Shown here: piece by piece, positions 10,226 to 20,614 of the stretch | Layout of the letters: each line of letters starts with the position of its first letter | How positions within the stretch are numbered: the stretch's first letter is position 1 | Assembly (NCBI GenBank): GCA_020442545.1 | Contig: JAGRJX010000052.1 | Location: 1-48,511, forward strand | Direction of reading: 5' to 3' | DNA length: 48,511 nt | Source: Lysobacterales bacterium | GTDB taxonomy: Bacteria; Pseudomonadota; Gammaproteobacteria; Xanthomonadales; Xanthomonadaceae | Notes under the pieces: model-generated | What the model saw: the letters and a program-made list of their open reading frames with translations, nothing else | Databases searched by the model: none | What the model was told of the DNA's origin: nothing | Position numbers and translations under genes: made by a program

Positions 10226-11437
10226 TCAGTCGCCCCGCCACCACATCCAGAAACTGTCGTTGAGTCGCCCGAAGAAGCCGGCCTCTTCCACCGACTGCCG
10301 GGCCAGCAGCGGCCGCTCGACCAGCTGTTCGCCATCCAGGCTGACCTTCAGCGTGCCGACCTGCTGGCCCTGCTGGATCGGCGCGATGATCTGCCTGGGC
10401 AGGTCCATGCTGGCCTTGAGGTCCGAATAGCGCCCGCGTGGCACGGTGACCACCACCGGCTCGGCGACGCCCAGCGCGACGCTTTCCACCGCGCCTTTCC
10501 ATACCTTCGGAGTCGCAAGCTCGGCGTCAAGCTGGTACAGGACATGCGATTCGAAGAATCGGAAGCCGTAGTTGAGCAGGGCCTGTGCGGCATCGGCCCG
10601 CGCCTTTTCGCTGTCCGTACCCATGACAACGGCAATCAGGCGCATGCCGTCGCGCTCCGCTGACGCCGCCAGGCAATAGCCCGCCGATTCGGTGTGGCCG
10701 GTCTTGATGCCGTCGACGCTGTCGTCGCGCCACAGCAGCGAATTGCGGTTGTGCTGGGTGATGCCGTTCCACTCGAAGGTCTTCTCGGCATAGAGCGCAT
10801 AGTCATCGGGATGTTCGGCGATCATCGCCCGCGACAGCCGCGCCATGTCGTGGGCGCTGCTGTAGTGCTCCTCGGCCGGCAGGCCGTCGGCATTGACGAA
10901 ATGCGTGTTGTCCATGCCAAGTCGCTTGGCCGTGCCGTTCATCATCTGCGCGAACACATCCTCGCTGCCGGCCACCTGCTCGGCCAGGGCCACGGTGGCG
11001 TCGTTGCCGGACTGGATGATCATGCCGCGCAGCAGGTCTTCAACCGCCACCTGCTTGCCGACTTCGATGAACATCTTGGAACCGCCGGTCTTCCAGGCCT
11101 TTTCGCTGATGGTCACCAGGTCGTCACGCTTCAGCCGACCGGCGGCGATTTCCTCGAACACCACATAGGAGCTCATCATCTTGGTCAGACTGGCCGGCTC
11201 CAGGCGCTGGTCGCCGTTTTTCTCGGCGAGCATGCGGCCGCTGGCGAAATCCATCAGCACGTAGCTCTTCGCCGGAATCGATGGTGCGGACGGCGTGGGC
11301 GCGCTCTGCGGCTGCGGCTGGGGCAGCGCCGGCCTTGATGCGGGTGTCGGTGTCGGTGCCGGCGTCTGCGCCACAGCGATCGAGGTGGTGAGGACAATCA
11401 AGACGGCGAGGCCGCCGAGGGCATTGCGGAAGTACAT
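10226..11437 (-). CDS. D-alanyl-D-alanine carboxypeptidase (PBP5/6 class, DacA/DacC-like)
   Basis: Signal peptide from MYFRNALGGLAVLIVL. Penicillin-binding motifs SLTKMM (SxxK), SGND (SxN) and KTGHT (KTG) are present, with a C-terminal PBP5 domain. Confidence 0.9.
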   Translation of the reverse strand: MYFRNALGGLAVLIVLTTSIAVAQTPAPTPTPASRPALPQPQPQSAPTPSAPSIPAKSYVLMDFASGRMLAEKNGDQRLEPASLTKMMSSYVVFEEIAAGRLKRDDLVTISEKAWKTGGSKMFIEVGKQVAVEDLLRGMIIQSGNDATVALAEQVAGSEDVFAQMMNGTAKRLGMDNTHFVNADGLPAEEHYSSAHDMARLSRAMIAEHPDDYALYAEKTFEWNGITQHNRNSLLWRDDSVDGIKTGHTESAGYCLAASAERDGMRLIAVVMGTDSEKARADAAQALLNYGFRFFESHVLYQLDAELATPKVWKGAVESVALGVAEPVVVTVPRGRYSDLKASMDLPRQIIAPIQQGQQVGTLKVSLDGEQLVERPLLARQSVEEAGFFGRLNDSFWMWWRGD

Positions 11438-11506
11438 GGTGGTGGACAACTCCTTGCTGGTGCTTGCGCCCGCCACGAAACCGGCCGGCGCTGTCGTTCG
11501 CTGTGG

Positions 11507-12412
11507 CTAGTCGGTGATGATGCGTGGATCGGCAATGCCGCTGTCACGGATCTGTCGTTCCAGCGCCACGGCATCCGCCGCGTGTTCCCACGGCCCCATG
11601 CGCAGGCGGAACAGCCGACGACCCTCGACCGTGGCGGTCTGGATGGTCGCCTCGCCGGAAAAACGTCCTTCCAGCTGGCGCCGCAGACGCTCGGCATTGC
11701 GGCGATCGGAAAAGCTGCCAAGCTGCAGCCACACCCGCGCGACCGACGCTTTGACCGTGCTTTCCGGCGCGGGTTCCGCGACGCCGGCGTGATCGGGGTC
11801 GTCCACGTCCAGGGCGCGCACCTCGACCATGGCCGTGCCGCGCTGAACCACGCCCAGACGCATGGCGGCAGCGTAGCTCAGATCGATCAACCGGTCCGCC
11901 ACGAATGGCCCTCGATCATTCACCCGCAGCACCACACTGCGCTGATTTTCCAGGTTGGTGACGCGCACGTAGGTCGGCAACGGCAGCGTCTTGTGCGCCG
12001 CGGTGAAGGCATACATGTCGTAGGGTTCGAAACTGGAGGTCGGTCGCCCGTGGAACTTCTTGCCGTACCACGAGGCCACGCCGCGTTCGACGTAGCCCTT
12101 GGCCGAATCCATCACCCGGTAGGTCCTGCCCAGCACCTTGTACGGCGAGTGGTTGCCGTAGCGCGAACGCGGTTCGGTGCGCGGCGTCGGTTCGACCAGG
12201 TCGGACAGGTCCGGGGCGTGCTCGGGCGCGCTGTCGGCAATCTCCGGCGCGTACAGCTGGCCGTCAGGGATTTCCGCGCGCTCGCTGCGCATGGAGCCTT
12301 CCGCCACCGGCGGCGGGGGCTTCTTTTGCCGACTGCAGGCACCAAGCAGCAGCGTGGCGAACAGCAGCAGCCACAGCGCGGCGCGAGTCGACGGGCGTGA
12401 GGTCACCGGCAT
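11507..12412 (-). CDS. rlpA: Septal ring lytic transglycosylase RlpA (lipoprotein, DPBB plus SPOR domains)
   Basis: Lipobox LLLGAC; DPBB core YGKKFHGRPTSS...VRVTNLENQRSVVLRVNDRGPF; C-terminal SPOR-like WLQLGSFSDRRNAERL. The ATG overlaps the mltB stop as TAATG. Confidence 0.9.
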   Translation of the reverse strand: MPVTSRPSTRAALWLLLFATLLLGACSRQKKPPPPVAEGSMRSERAEIPDGQLYAPEIADSAPEHAPDLSDLVEPTPRTEPRSRYGNHSPYKVLGRTYRVMDSAKGYVERGVASWYGKKFHGRPTSSFEPYDMYAFTAAHKTLPLPTYVRVTNLENQRSVVLRVNDRGPFVADRLIDLSYAAAMRLGVVQRGTAMVEVRALDVDDPDHAGVAEPAPESTVKASVARVWLQLGSFSDRRNAERLRRQLEGRFSGEATIQTATVEGRRLFRLRMGPWEHAADAVALERQIRDSGIADPRIITD

Positions 12413-13443
12413 TACTGCGCGGCGACCGGACCACCGTTGGCCGGATCGCCGGCAGCAATTGCCTGCGCCAGCTGGTACACCGCCAGCGAATACAGCGGCG
12501 AGCGGTTGTAGCGCGAAATCACGTAGAAGTTGTGGAAAGTGATCCAGTACTCGGGCCCGGTATCGCCCTCAAGCGTGATCAGGTTGGCCGGCCAGTCCCT
12601 GCCCATCGCTTCCTTTGGCCGATAGCCCCGTTCACCGAGCTTCGCCAGATCCAGGTCGGGTTTGAGGTTCTTGTTGCCAGCATTGAGTGCGGCGGCCCCG
12701 GGGGCGCGCACCGCCGGCTCCGCCACCGGCTCGCCGGCACGCCACTTGTGCGCGACGAAGTAGTTGGCGATGGAACGGAAGATATCGTCCTTCGACGTCC
12801 ACAGGTCGCGGTCGCCGTCGCCGTCACCGTCCTTCGCGTAGGCACGGTAGCTGGACGGCATGAACTGGCCCCAGCCCATGGCGCCGGCATAGCTGCCCAT
12901 CACGCTGTTCGGGTCAACGTGCTCCTCGTTGGCCAGCGCGAACAGGTGGCCGAGCTCGGAACGGAAGAATTCGGCGCGCTTGGGATAGTGGAAGCCCAGC
13001 GTGTACAGGGCATCGAGCACGCGGTATTTGCCGGTGATGCTGCCGTAGTTGGTCTCCACGCCGATGATCGCGACGATGATGCTGGCCGGCACGCCGGTGT
13101 CGCGCTCGACCGACAGCAGCAGCTCGCGGTTTTCCCGCAGGAAGTCACGACCGCCCTGGATTCGCTTGTCGTTCATGAAGATCGGCCGGTACTTCGACCA
13201 CGGCATGCTCTCGGCCGGCCGGGTGATCGCGTCGATGATGCTCTGCTGGTAGCGGGCATCGGCCAGTCCACGGCGCAGCACATCCTTGGGCACGCCGTAC
13301 TTGCCGTGGACCTCATCGACAAAGGCTGCCTCGGCTTCGGCGGAACGCTTCGGTGCAGCAGCTTCGGCAGCGGGCAAGGACAGCAGCTGGGAAAGGCTCA
13401 ACAGCAGCGCAACCAGCTGGGCGGACATTGACTTTGCGTGCAT
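12412..13443 (-). CDS. mltB: Lytic murein transglycosylase B family
   Basis: Signal peptide, then an SLT_2-type core (IIGVETNYG, GAMGWGQFMPSSY). Placed between rodA and rlpA. Confidence 0.88.
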   Translation of the reverse strand: MHAKSMSAQLVALLLSLSQLLSLPAAEAAAPKRSAEAEAAFVDEVHGKYGVPKDVLRRGLADARYQQSIIDAITRPAESMPWSKYRPIFMNDKRIQGGRDFLRENRELLLSVERDTGVPASIIVAIIGVETNYGSITGKYRVLDALYTLGFHYPKRAEFFRSELGHLFALANEEHVDPNSVMGSYAGAMGWGQFMPSSYRAYAKDGDGDGDRDLWTSKDDIFRSIANYFVAHKWRAGEPVAEPAVRAPGAAALNAGNKNLKPDLDLAKLGERGYRPKEAMGRDWPANLITLEGDTGPEYWITFHNFYVISRYNRSPLYSLAVYQLAQAIAAGDPANGGPVAAQ

Positions 13444-13535
13444 GGGATCGGCTCGTGGGAACGGTCAAACGCCGGAAATGGTACACGCTTCGCGGCGCGC
13501 GCCCGTCACGGCAGTCGGCAAAGCTGAACGCGGCT

Positions 13536-14645
13536 TCAGCTGCTCATCATCTTGCGATGCGCGTGCAGCGACATCAGCACGCCGAAGCCGGCCAGCAGGG
13601 TTACCGCCGAGGTGCCGCCGTAGCTCATCAGCGGCATCGGCACGCCGATCACCGGCAACAGGCCGCTGATCATGCCGCCGTTGACTACCACGTAGACCAG
13701 GAAGGTCAGCGCCAGCGCACCGCCCAGCAACCGCCCCCAGGTATCGCGGGCGTTGGCGGCGATCCACAGGCAGCGACCCACGATGAACAGGTACAGCGAC
13801 AGCATCAGCAGCACGCCGAACAGGCCGAACTCCTCGGCGAACACGGCGAACACGAAGTCGGTGGTGTGCTCGGGCAGGAACTCCAGCCGCGACTGGCTGC
13901 CCTGGCCCCAGCCCTTGCCGAACAGGCCGCCGGAGCCGACCGCGATCTTGGACTGGATGATGTTCCAGCCCGCTCCCAGCGGATCGGCCTCCGGATTGAG
14001 GAACATACGCAGGCGGTCACGATGGTACTCGCGCAGGAACTGCCAGCCGATCGGCGCTGCCGCCGCCGCCGTGCCAAGGACCGCGACGATGCGCCACCAG
14101 CCGATGCCACCAAGGAACACCACGAAGGCACCGGATGCGGCCACCAGCATCGCTGTACCGAGATCAGGCTGCACCGCGATCAGCCCGGTGGGCACGGCGA
14201 TGACGATGCCGGCCAGCAGCAGCGTGCGCCAGCCCGGCGGGATCAGGTCGCGATGCAGCAGCCAGGCCACCATCATCGGCAGCGTGAGCTTCAGCAGTTC
14301 GCCAGGCTGCAGGTAGAAGATGCCGAGATTCAGCCAGGAACGCGCGCTTCGCCCGGTCCCGAGAACCGGTACCAGCAGCAGCAGCAGCAGGCTGGCGACG
14401 AACAGCCACGGCGTCCACAGGCGCAGCTGGCCGGGCGGGATGCGCGACAGAATCAGCATGGCAACCAGGCCGACACCCATGCGCACGGACTGCGAAACAA
14501 CCAGGCGCTCGTTGCCACCGCTGGCGCTGGCCAGGGTCAGCAGGCCGACCGCAATCACCAGCAGCAGCGCCAGCAGCAGCGGCAGGTCCATGCGCGGCTT
14601 CAGCAGACGGCCGGCAAAGCGGCGGGCGTTCGACCACACTCTCAT
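13536..14645 (-). CDS. rodA: Rod shape-determining protein RodA (SEDS family peptidoglycan polymerase)
   Basis: 369-aa polytopic FtsW/RodA/SpoVE-type sequence ending in LPVIGVPMPLMSYGGTS. ATGA overlap with the mrdA stop. Confidence 0.93.
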   Translation of the reverse strand: MRVWSNARRFAGRLLKPRMDLPLLLALLLVIAVGLLTLASASGGNERLVVSQSVRMGVGLVAMLILSRIPPGQLRLWTPWLFVASLLLLLLVPVLGTGRSARSWLNLGIFYLQPGELLKLTLPMMVAWLLHRDLIPPGWRTLLLAGIVIAVPTGLIAVQPDLGTAMLVAASGAFVVFLGGIGWWRIVAVLGTAAAAAPIGWQFLREYHRDRLRMFLNPEADPLGAGWNIIQSKIAVGSGGLFGKGWGQGSQSRLEFLPEHTTDFVFAVFAEEFGLFGVLLMLSLYLFIVGRCLWIAANARDTWGRLLGGALALTFLVYVVVNGGMISGLLPVIGVPMPLMSYGGTSAVTLLAGFGVLMSLHAHRKMMSS

Positions 14646-16588
14646 GGCGACGACCCGCCTCCCGCATCCGCATCGTTGCCCGCTGTGCCGGAAGGATCAC
14701 GTAGCACCCAGGCATCGAGGATGCGCCGCGCCACCGGCGCCGCCGCCAGCGAACCGCTGCCGCCGTGTTCGACAATGACGACCGCGGCAATCTCCGGCTT
14801 CTCTGCAGGCGCATAGGCGACAAACAGCGCGCGGTGGCGCAACTCGAACGGCAGATCATCGACCTTGATCGACTCGTCGCCGGTGCGGCTGACACGCTGC
14901 GCCGTGCCCGACTTGCCGGCGATGGTGTACGGCGCATCAAGGCCAATGACCCGGTGCGCCGAGCCGGTACTGCCGTGGACCACAGCGATCATGCCTTCCC
15001 GGACCGCATCCAGATTGCCGGGCTCCTTCACCACCGACGCGGGCGGCGGTGGCATCTGCAGCGGCATCACCGGGGAGTCAAAGCCGTCACGGACCGCACG
15101 CAGCAAGTGCAGCGGGTAGCGGATGCCGCCGTTGGCCAGCATCGTCAGTCCCTCGGCCAGCTGCAGCGGCGTCACCACCCAGAAGCCCTGGCCGATGCCG
15201 GCAATCACCGTTTCGCCGGGGAACCAGACCTGCTGCCTGTTGCGAAGCTTCCACTCGCGCGATGGGAGGATGCCGGTGGCCTCGCCATCCAGGTCGATGC
15301 CGCTGGGGCCGCCGAATCCGAATCGCGTCATGTATTCGCCCATGCGATCGATACCGAGGTCCACCGCCAGCTGGTAGAAGTACGTGTTGACCGACTGCGC
15401 CAGGGCCTCTTTCAGATTCACGCGGCCGTGGCCACCGCGGCGATAATCGCGGTATTCGCGATCCTGCCCCGGCAACTTGAAGGCGCCGGTGGACAGCACG
15501 GTGTCCTCGGGGCGACGCAGGCCCAGCTCCAATCCGGCCAGACCAATGAACGGCTTGAGCGTTGAGCCGGGTTCGTAGCCACCAGACAGCGCGCGGTTGA
15601 ACAGCGGCCGGCCCGGATTGGCCAGCAGGGCGCTGTAGTCGCGCTGGCTGATGCCGGACACGAAATCATTCGGGTCGTAGCTGGGCAGGCTGAGCATCGC
15701 CAGCACTTCGCCGTTGTTCGGATCCACCGCCACCGCAGCACCTGGCTGGCCCTCGAACGCCGCTTCCGCCGCTGCCTGCAGATCCGCATCGATACTCAGG
15801 AACAGGTCGCGGCCCGGCACCGCCGGCTGGCGCTCGATTACCCGCAGCACACGGCCTTCGGCATTGATCTCGACACGCTCGTAGCCGACTTTGCCGTGCA
15901 GTTCCTTTTCGTAGTGCTTCTCGATGCCCGACTTCCCGATCAGCGTGGTGCCGTCGTAGTCCGCGATGTCCTGCGAAGTCATCCCTTCCAGATCGGCCTC
16001 GTCCAGACGCCCGACGTAACCGATCACGTGGGCAAACAGCTCGCCGTAGGGATAGCGCCGCGTGAGGTAGGGCACGACTTCCACACCCGGAAAGCGGTAG
16101 CGGTTGACCGCGAAACTGGCCATCTCCGACTCGTTCAGGCGCAGCTTGAGCGGCACCGACTGGAAGCGGCGCTTGCTCTTCAACGTGGTGCGAAAGCGAC
16201 TCAGATCGTCCTCGGAAAGCGACACCACGTCCGACAGCGCGGACAGGGTGGCATCGATTTCGTCGACCTGTTCGGGCACCAGTTCCAGGCGGTAGGCCGG
16301 CACGTTGTCGGCCAGCAGTCGACCATTGCGGTCGTAAACCAGGCCACGTGACGGCGGAATGCTGCGCAGGCGGATGCGATTGTCCTCCGAACGCGTCTGG
16401 TACACCTCGTGCTGCACAACCTGCAGCCAGGCAAACCGGGCGCCGAGCGTACCGACCAGCAAGCTGGCCAGAAGCAAGCCCCAGAGAGCACGACGCCGGA
16501 ACAGCCGGGCCTCGGCTTGTGCGTCTCGCAGTCGCTGACCTCGACGCTGGGCAATCCGCAGCTTCACCGCGACCTCATCCGCCGGCAC
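14642..16588 (-). CDS. mrdA: Penicillin-binding protein 2 (MrdA, elongasome transpeptidase)
   Basis: N-terminal TM segment and PBP dimerisation domain. Transpeptidase motifs GSTLKP (SxxK), SVN (SxN) and KSGTA (KTG-like). Located between mreD and rodA. Confidence 0.93.
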   Translation of the reverse strand: MPADEVAVKLRIAQRRGQRLRDAQAEARLFRRRALWGLLLASLLVGTLGARFAWLQVVQHEVYQTRSEDNRIRLRSIPPSRGLVYDRNGRLLADNVPAYRLELVPEQVDEIDATLSALSDVVSLSEDDLSRFRTTLKSKRRFQSVPLKLRLNESEMASFAVNRYRFPGVEVVPYLTRRYPYGELFAHVIGYVGRLDEADLEGMTSQDIADYDGTTLIGKSGIEKHYEKELHGKVGYERVEINAEGRVLRVIERQPAVPGRDLFLSIDADLQAAAEAAFEGQPGAAVAVDPNNGEVLAMLSLPSYDPNDFVSGISQRDYSALLANPGRPLFNRALSGGYEPGSTLKPFIGLAGLELGLRRPEDTVLSTGAFKLPGQDREYRDYRRGGHGRVNLKEALAQSVNTYFYQLAVDLGIDRMGEYMTRFGFGGPSGIDLDGEATGILPSREWKLRNRQQVWFPGETVIAGIGQGFWVVTPLQLAEGLTMLANGGIRYPLHLLRAVRDGFDSPVMPLQMPPPPASVVKEPGNLDAVREGMIAVVHGSTGSAHRVIGLDAPYTIAGKSGTAQRVSRTGDESIKVDDLPFELRHRALFVAYAPAEKPEIAAVVIVEHGGSGSLAAAPVARRILDAWVLRDPSGTAGNDADAGGGSSP

Positions 16589-17066
16589 CGCGCAGCTTCA
16601 GCCGCAGGTCATCGAGCAGCAGGAACAGCCAGGGCCAGAGCAGTGCGCCCACCAGCGGCGCGATCCAGAAACTCACGGGTGGCCAGGCTTCGCCGGTGAC
16701 GCCGCGAATCATCAGGCTGACGACCCGATCATTGAGCAGCAGGATCAGCACCGCCACCGCCTGCTGGGTGAGCGGAAAGAAGCGAAGGCGAGCGCGGAAA
16801 CGCAGGATGATGAAGGCAAAGATGACCAGACGCATTGCGTGCTCGCCAATCAGGCTGCCGAACACCAGGTCCGCCAGCAGTCCCGTCGCGAAAGCAACGC
16901 CCAGCCCGACCAGTTCTGGGGCCTCCAGCAGCCAGTAGCAGAGCACCAGCGCCAGCCAGAACGGCCGCAGCGGCTGCAGCCAGTCCGGCATGGGTGCCAG
17001 CGACAACAGCAGTGCGGCCAGCAGGCTGAGCAACAGCAGCCGCCCGGAAGCGCGATGGCGGCTCAT
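16575..17066 (-). CDS. mreD: Rod shape-determining protein MreD
   Basis: 163-aa hydrophobic protein directly after mreC with a 4-nt overlap. MreD-like WLALVLCYW...GLLADLVFG segment. Confidence 0.88.
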   Translation of the reverse strand: MSRHRASGRLLLLSLLAALLLSLAPMPDWLQPLRPFWLALVLCYWLLEAPELVGLGVAFATGLLADLVFGSLIGEHAMRLVIFAFIILRFRARLRFFPLTQQAVAVLILLLNDRVVSLMIRGVTGEAWPPVSFWIAPLVGALLWPWLFLLLDDLRLKLRGAGG

Positions 17067-17992
17067 GGCTGGGCCCCGCTGTCGGGCGTATCCGTTGACG
17101 AAACGTTATCCGGAATCGGCGGCGCTTCCGGTGGACCGCTCGCGGCCGCCGGCGAATTCCAGACCAGCAGCAGTTCGCCGCTGCGATCCAGTCGCGCGGC
17201 TGGCTCGACCTCGGCAACGATGAACGGATTGGTTTCGTCGGTGGCCAGGGACGTCACCCGCCCCACCGCCAGGCCAGCCGGAAAGATGCCACCGAATCCG
17301 GAGGTTGCCAGCTCGTCGCCCACCTGCACGTCCGCGCTGGGAGGCAGATTGGGAAGGCGCAGCTGATCAACGCGTCCGGTGCCAAAGACGATGGCGCGCA
17401 CACCGCTGCGGACCACCCGCACCGGCACCGCGTGGCTTGGGTCGGATATCAGCATCGCGGTGGCGTTCAGCGGGGAAACGTCGATCACCTGCCCGACCAC
17501 GCCATTGGCATCAATCAGGGATTGGCCGGTTCGCACCCCGCGAAGACTCCCCTGATCCAGCAGGACGCGGTGCCGGAACGGGTCCAGGTCGACGTCGGCG
17601 ATACCGACCAGCTGCACGTCAAGATGTTGCGCCTGCGCACCATCGAGCAGTTGCCGCAGCCGCTGGTTTTCGCGTTGCACGGACTGAAGGCGCCCGAGCT
17701 GAGCGGTGCTCACCATCAGCCGTTCCCGCAGATCGGCATTCTGCGCATTCAGCTGCTGGCGGTCCGAGAAGGCCTTGCGCGCCGCGCCCAGCACGCGACC
17801 CGGCGCGGAGGCAACCCAATACAGCGGCTCGGCGGCAACGCCGGCCAGGCGACGGACATCCGACAGATAGCCTGCGCGATGGTCGAGCACCATCAGCGCC
17901 AGCGCCAGCGCCAGGTACACCAGCAAACGCAGCGTCCCGGCGCCGCCTTCGGCGAACAGGGCGGTCGTGGAGTTGCTGCCGGTAATGGTCAC
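17063..17992 (-). CDS. mreC: Rod shape-determining protein MreC
   Basis: N-terminal TM segment, coiled-coil region (QLNAQNADLRERL...ENQRLRQLL), beta-barrel repeats and a Pro-rich tail. Located between mreB and mreD. Confidence 0.9.
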   Translation of the reverse strand: MTITGSNSTTALFAEGGAGTLRLLVYLALALALMVLDHRAGYLSDVRRLAGVAAEPLYWVASAPGRVLGAARKAFSDRQQLNAQNADLRERLMVSTAQLGRLQSVQRENQRLRQLLDGAQAQHLDVQLVGIADVDLDPFRHRVLLDQGSLRGVRTGQSLIDANGVVGQVIDVSPLNATAMLISDPSHAVPVRVVRSGVRAIVFGTGRVDQLRLPNLPPSADVQVGDELATSGFGGIFPAGLAVGRVTSLATDETNPFIVAEVEPAARLDRSGELLLVWNSPAAASGPPEAPPIPDNVSSTDTPDSGAQP

Positions 17993-18071
17993 ATCAGTCG
18001 GTCATGACGCGGGCGTTCGGCCCGGAAGATTGCTGCCAGATGCCGCCGGATCGTCGCGACCCGACGCTCGC

Positions 18072-19190
<1,119 letters not shown>

Positions 19191-19665
19191 TCAAAGGTTG
19201 GCCAGTCGTGCGGCGTGACGAAGCCAATGCTGGCCGCCCTGGCAAGACACGCGGTGCGGCTGGCGGGCCCTTGAGGCATTACCCGCCATTGCAAAACAGC
19301 AGCCAGTTGGGCCGTTCTCCCGCGTCCGATGCACTGCGCCGCCGACTTGCAGTACGGACGGACAGCCACGTCGACGCCACTTCGACTCGGACGACGGGAG
19401 AACGGTGGCGACGACGTTGAGTTGCTCAGATCATTCCATAGCGTACAGGCGTCTCGAAACAGCGGCAAGCAAGCAATGGCGCGGGTTAGCGAGTTGTTAA
19501 GGCAACGCTGCAGGATTTCGTGATCGAGTCGCGATTCCAGCATGCCGCGCTCGTGGGAATCGACGCTGTGCATACGCGCCAATCGCCCTGCTGGGCGACA
19601 ACCGGTACCATGCACGGTCGGGCCGCCGCGGGCGGTCGCTGTCTGATCGTTACAGGGAATCCCAC

Positions 19666-20601
19666 ATGTCGGCGCTAATCTGCGGCTCGCTCGCCTTCGA
19701 CACCATCATGGTGTTCCAGGACCAGTTCAAGAACCACATCCTGCCCGACAAGGTACACATCCTGAACGTCGCTTTCCTGGTGCCGCGGATGCGCCGGGAA
19801 TTCGGCGGCTGCGCCGGGAACATTGCCTACAACCTCAAACTTCTGGGCGGAGATCCCGTCCCGATGGCAACCGTTGGACAGGATTTCGATACATATCGTG
19901 AGCATTTCGAGGCCTGCGAGATCCGTCTCGATCAGGTCAAGGTGCTGCCCGACCTGTACACCGCACAGGCCTTCATCACCACTGACCTCGACGACAACCA
20001 GATCACCGCCTTCCACCCGGGCGCGATGATGCGCTCCTACGAGAACCACGTGCGCGACGTCGAAGGCGTGAAGTTCGGCATCGTCAGTCCGGATGGCCGC
20101 GAAGCCATGCTGCAGAACGCCGTCGAGTTCGCCGAATGCGGGATTCCGTTTATCTTTGATCCCGGCCAGGCCATGCCGCTGTTCAATGGCGAGGAGTTCC
20201 GCGCCTTCATCGAGCAGGCCGACTACGTTACCGTGAACGATTACGAGTCCAGTCTGCTGCAGGAGCGCACCGGCTGGAGCGAAAAGGACATCGCCGAGCG
20301 AGTGCGTGCCTACATCATCACCCGCGGCCCCAAGGGCTCGCTGATCCACACCAGCAAGGGTTCGATCGAAGTTCCGGCCGCGAACGCGGTGCGCATCGTC
20401 GACCCCACCGGCTGCGGCGACGCCTACCGTGCCGGCCTGATCTACGGCCTGATGAACGACATGGATCTGGCCACCACCGGCCGCATCGCCTCATTGATGG
20501 GCGCGCTCAAGATCGAGCACCACGGCACGCAGAACCAGCGCTTTGACCACGACGAGTTCGCCGAGCAGTTCCGCCAGCAGTTCAGCTACGCGCTGCGCTG
20601 A
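19666..20601 (+). CDS. PfkB-family carbohydrate/nucleoside kinase (adenosine kinase-like)
   Basis: GGCAGNIAYNL (PfkB signature 1 region) and DPTGCGDAYRAG (signature 2, catalytic GD). 311 aa. Confidence 0.85.
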   Translation: MSALICGSLAFDTIMVFQDQFKNHILPDKVHILNVAFLVPRMRREFGGCAGNIAYNLKLLGGDPVPMATVGQDFDTYREHFEACEIRLDQVKVLPDLYTAQAFITTDLDDNQITAFHPGAMMRSYENHVRDVEGVKFGIVSPDGREAMLQNAVEFAECGIPFIFDPGQAMPLFNGEEFRAFIEQADYVTVNDYESSLLQERTGWSEKDIAERVRAYIITRGPKGSLIHTSKGSIEVPAANAVRIVDPTGCGDAYRAGLIYGLMNDMDLATTGRIASLMGALKIEHHGTQNQRFDHDEFAEQFRQQFSYALR

Positions 20602-20614
20602 CCCCGGCTGACAA

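Noticed and set aside
13353-14816. 487-aa + strand ORF (Gln/Arg/His/Ala-rich) opposite rodA/mrdA
   Set aside because: It is antisense to a well-supported SEDS gene and has low-complexity composition. Such long shadow ORFs are typical of high-GC DNA.
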